A DNA stretch of 32,000 nt, taken from contig NC_007493.2 in the NCBI RefSeq assembly GCF_000012905.2, positions 3,156,525 through 3,188,524 on the forward strand, written 5' to 3'. The notes beneath the pieces are model-generated. The model did no database searches, had not been told where the DNA came from, and worked only from the letters and a program-made list of their open reading frames with translations. This document shows positions 29,333 to 32,000 of the stretch, piece by piece (positions within the stretch are counted from its first letter, which is position 1; every line of letters begins with the position of its first letter). This DNA is from Cereibacter sphaeroides 2.4.1 (lineage in GTDB: Bacteria > Pseudomonadota > Alphaproteobacteria > Rhodobacterales > Rhodobacteraceae). A program made the translations under genes and the position numbers.

Positions 29333-29803
29333 TCAGGCGCCCGGCATCAGCACGCCGTCGATCACATGGATCACCCCGTTCGACGCGTCCACATCCGGCT
29401 GCGAGATCGACACGCCATTCACCTTCGGGCCGCCTTCGAGCGTGACGGTGAGCGCGCCGCCCTCCACCGTCTCGGCGGTCATGCCTTCCGTCAGATCCGA
29501 GGACATCACCTCGCCCGGCACGACGTGATAGGTCAGGATCTCGGTCAGCTTCTCCTTGTTCTCGGGCTTCAGCAGATCCTCGACCGTGCCCTCGGGCAGG
29601 GCCGCGAAGGCCGCATCCGTCGGCGCGAAGACGGTGAAGGGGCCGTCGCCCTTCAGCGTATCGACGAGCCCCGCGGCCTCGGCCGCGGTGAGGAGCGTGG
29701 TGAAGCTGCCCGCGCCGGTGGCGGTCTCCACGATGTCTCCGGTTTCGGCGAAGGCAGGTGCCGCGAGCAGTCCGAGCGAAAGGGCGAGAAGGGTCTTGCG
29801 CAT
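29333..29803 (-). CDS. secreted fasciclin (FAS1) domain protein, 156 aa
   Basis: Signal peptide [22 protein letters not shown]1 motifs [23 protein letters not shown] and [22 protein letters not shown] before ATG 29803. Confidence 0.88.
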   Translation of the reverse strand: MRKTLLALSLGLLAAPAFAETGDIVETATGAGSFTTLLTAAEAAGLVDTLKGDGPFTVFAPTDAAFAALPEGTVEDLLKPENKEKLTEILTYHVVPGEVMSSDLTEGMTAETVEGGALTVTLEGGPKVNGVSISQPDVDASNGVIHVIDGVLMPGA

Positions 29804-29999
29804 CGTTCCAGTCCTCCTGTGGGTCGTGCCGTGCTTGGCCTGCAGGCTACGCAGAAGGCGGCTCCGGCGGATGAGCCGGCGGGACGAAGCGTGATCGCGC
29901 GTGATCGGCCGTGAGCGCCATCCCCGCTTCGTGATGGGCGGAGGCTTTGAAAACGGGCGCGCGCCATGCACCTTAGGGAAGCGGCAAGGGAGGAACAGG

Positions 30000-30905
30000 A
30001 TGCGCAGGCTCGGATGGTCGGATGTGACGCCCAGGGCGGATTGGCTGAACCGGCGGCAGATCCTCGCAGGGGCGGGGGCGCTGGGGCTGGCGGGGCCCGC
30101 CTTCGCCCGGATCGAAGCGAAGGCCAGCCGCTTCTCGACGGACGAGAAGCCCAATAGCTTCGAGGAGATCTCGAACTACAACAACTTCTATGAATTCGGC
30201 CTCGACAAGGGCGATCCGGCGCAGAATGCCGGCGCCCTGACCGTGGATCCCTGGTCGGTCGAGATCGGCGGCCTCGTCGAGCGTCCCGGCTCCTATCCGC
30301 TCGACGACATCCTGAAGGGCGTGACGCTCGAGGAGCGGATCTACCGGCTGCGCTGCGTCGAGGGCTGGTCGATGGTGGTGCCCTGGATCGGGTTCGAGCT
30401 GCGGACCCTCCTCGAGCGGGCGGGCGTCCAGCCAGGCGCCCGGTTCGTGGCCTTCGAGACGCTCGTCCGCCCGGAAGAGATGCCGGGCGTCCGCTCGCGC
30501 ATCCTCGACTGGCCCTATCGCGAGGGGCTGCGGATCGACGAGGCGATGCATCCGCTGACGATTCTCGCCACCGGCCTCTATGGCGAGGAGATGCCGAAGC
30601 AGAATGGCGCGCCGATCCGGCTGGTCGTGCCGTGGAAATACGGCTTCAAATCGATCAAGAGCATCGTGCGGATCTCGCTGGTCGAGAAGATGCCCGCCAC
30701 CTCCTGGAACGTGCAGAATGCGCGGGAATACGGCTTCTACTCCAACGTGAACCCGGCGGTGGATCATCCGCGCTGGAGCCAGGCGTCGGAGCGGCGGATC
30801 GGCTCGGGGTTCTTCGCGCCGCGGATCGAGACGCAGCTCTTCAACGGCTATGGCGATCAGGTGGCGCAGCTCTACGCCGGGCAGGACCTCTCGGTGGATT
30901 TCTGA
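30000..30905 (+). CDS. msrP: periplasmic protein-methionine-sulfoxide reductase, molybdopterin subunit MsrP (YedY), 301 aa
   Basis: Tat signal [43 protein letters not shown] and [19 protein letters not shown] are YedY signatures. GGGAGGAA RBS. Confidence 0.93.
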   Translation: MRRLGWSDVTPRADWLNRRQILAGAGALGLAGPAFARIEAKASRFSTDEKPNSFEEISNYNNFYEFGLDKGDPAQNAGALTVDPWSVEIGGLVERPGSYPLDDILKGVTLEERIYRLRCVEGWSMVVPWIGFELRTLLERAGVQPGARFVAFETLVRPEEMPGVRSRILDWPYREGLRIDEAMHPLTILATGLYGEEMPKQNGAPIRLVVPWKYGFKSIKSIVRISLVEKMPATSWNVQNAREYGFYSNVNPAVDHPRWSQASERRIGSGFFAPRIETQLFNGYGDQVAQLYAGQDLSVDF

Positions 30906-31511
30906 ATGATCGCACAGCGGATCAATGGCGCGCTGCGCCCGGTGCCGACGGGGCTCGTCTATGCGGCGGGTCTCCTGCCGCTCGGGCTTCTGGTCTGGCA
31001 GGCGGCCACGGGCGGGCTCGGCGTCGATCCGGTGAAGGGGATCGAGCACCGGTTGGGCGAGCTCGCGCTCCAGTTCCTCGTGGGTGGGCTCGTCATCAGC
31101 CCGCTGCGCTGGTGGACGGGGATCAATCTGATCCGTTTCCGGCGGGCGGTGGGGCTGCTGGCCTTTTTTTACGTCTGCCTGCATCTGGCCGTCTGGCTCG
31201 CGCTGGATCTGCAGTTCCGCTGGGCCGAGATCGGCGCCGACATCGCCAAGCGCCCCTATATCACGCTGGGGATGCTCGCCTTCGCGGCCATGATCCCGCT
31301 GGCCCTCACCTCCAACAACGGCGCGATCCGGCGGATGGGAGCGGCGGCCTGGACCCGGCTCCACAAGCTGACCTATGCGGTGGCCCTGCTGGGCGCCCTG
31401 CATTTCCTGCTCCTCGTGAAGGCCTGGCCGCTCGAGCCGATCCTCTACATGGCCGGTGTCGTGGCGCTGCTCTCGATGCGCCTCTGGCGGACCCTCCGGC
31501 GACGGGCCTGA
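30906..31511 (+). CDS. msrQ: MsrQ (YedZ) heme-b membrane subunit, 201 aa
   Basis: The ATG immediately follows the msrP stop (TGAATG). Six-helix ferric-reductase-like protein with conserved His residues (CLHLAVW, LHKLTYAVALLGALHFLL). Confidence 0.9.
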   Translation: MIAQRINGALRPVPTGLVYAAGLLPLGLLVWQAATGGLGVDPVKGIEHRLGELALQFLVGGLVISPLRWWTGINLIRFRRAVGLLAFFYVCLHLAVWLALDLQFRWAEIGADIAKRPYITLGMLAFAAMIPLALTSNNGAIRRMGAAAWTRLHKLTYAVALLGALHFLLLVKAWPLEPILYMAGVVALLSMRLWRTLRRRA

Positions 31512-31518
31512 AGCTCTT

Positions 31519-31558
31519 CTACATGTGGTGCGTCGGATCTTTTGCGCACAATATGTAG
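31519..31558 (+). terminator. imperfect long hairpin after msrQ
   Basis: CTACATGTGGTGCG...GCGCACAATATGTAG forms a stem of about 14 bp with one mismatch and one wobble. TTTT follows 6 nt downstream. Confidence 0.4.
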
Positions 31559-31608
31559 GCCCGTTTTCGACCGGATGGAAAAATATCGTCTCTTCGTCAT
31601 TTTTCCTC

Positions 31609-31637
31609 TTGCGGGTTTTTTTGCGGTTCCCTAGATA
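31609..31637 (+). promoter_or_regulatory. candidate strong promoter (probably rRNA operon)
   Basis: TTGCGG, 17-nt spacer, TAGATA, preceded by an A/T-rich UP-like stretch (GGAAAAATATCGTCTCTTCGTCATTTTTCC) that is unusual in this GC-rich genome. Confidence 0.4.
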
Positions 31638-31773
31638 GCGCCTCACCGAAGCGGAACGGCGACGGTGACGGGGTTGAGAGGCGGCGGTGCTGCCTTGAGG
31701 CTTTCGGAAATCTGGAAGATGAGGCGGACGGGATCGCTGGTTGACTGGCGTCTCGGTTTGTTTTGTCTTCTGC

Positions 31774-31785
31774 GCTCTTTGACAT
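31774..31785 (+). promoter_or_regulatory. boxA-like antitermination element of an rRNA leader
   Basis: GCTCTTTGACAT compared with E. coli rrn boxA GCTCTTTAACAA (10 of 12 match). The following ...GGGCGGTTTGGTCGTTTCGACGG resembles alphaproteobacterial 16S leaders as I remember them. Confidence 0.45.
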
Positions 31786-32000
31786 TGATGATGATGAAGG
31801 GATATGCGGGCGGTTTGGTCGTTTCGACGGCGGACCGGATGCATATCGGCTCACTAGCTTCGGCGATGATGTGGGTGAAAGCTTCACTGTCTTGTGGGTC
31901 ACGTTACTTCGGTAACTTGGCACATGGACAGAAAGACCTCGGGCGATGCCCGAGGCAGATGTGCGAAGGTTCGACGTCAAGGACAGCGCTTCGGCGCTTT

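Noticed and set aside
29971-29997. ECF sigmaE-like promoter TGTTCC-N16-TAAGG on the minus strand, pointing at the fasciclin gene
   Set aside because: I only vaguely recall that a fasciclin gene belongs to the R. sphaeroides singlet-oxygen regulon and that the sigmaE -35 is TGATCC. I am not certain of the -10 consensus. The -35 has a mismatch, and the site would leave a 5' UTR of about 160 nt overlapping the msrP RBS. This is too speculative to call.
29973-31844. 623-aa minus-strand ORF antisense to msrP and msrQ
   Set aside because: Same artefact class. It has no motifs and runs through a gene boundary and into the AT-rich non-coding leader.

Overview
High-GC (about 68-70%) alphaproteobacterial chromosomal DNA. 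The cytochrome bc1 proteins match, from memory, the published Rhodobacter (Cereibacter) sphaeroides fbcFBC/petABC products (187, 445 and 285 aa), so the window is probably from that species or a very close relative. It is a densely packed core-genome region. In order it holds: a beta-carbonic anhydrase 5' fragment, a small orphan protein, an overlapping M17 aminopeptidase and NlpC/P60 peptidase pair, YcaQ-family glycosylase, rlmN, IalB-like protein, asparaginase-II family protein, an SDR, amn, HU, an EamA transporter, aroC, a TPP riboswitch with thiBPQ, petCBA, a GST, a small membrane ORF, rpmJ (missing from the ORF track), tRNA-Val(GAC), an N-formylglutamate amidohydrolase family protein, dinB, an SPFH protein with a small NfeD-like membrane partner, a Pro/Ala-rich single-TM protein, pyrF, a ROK kinase, a 77-aa orphan, clpB, a fasciclin protein and msrPQ. 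The last ~400 bp look like an rRNA operon promoter and leader with a boxA-like element. I saw no CRISPR array, transposase, integrase, phage genes, toxin-antitoxin pair or recognisable defence island, and no compositional island apart from the AT-richer rrn leader. I cannot point to a convincing new multi-gene system. The best leads are regulatory or small-scale: (1) helically phased CGTGA boxes between the fasciclin gene and msrPQ, (2) a CxxC-N10-CxxC N-terminal extension on DinB, (3) a ~450-bp GC-rich non-coding region upstream of the bc1 operon, (4) a tRNA-Val/rpmJ unit with no room for a separate rpmJ promoter, and (5) several small orphan proteins. The very long ORFs antisense to clpB, aroC/eamA, thiP and msrPQ are treated as high-GC artefacts.
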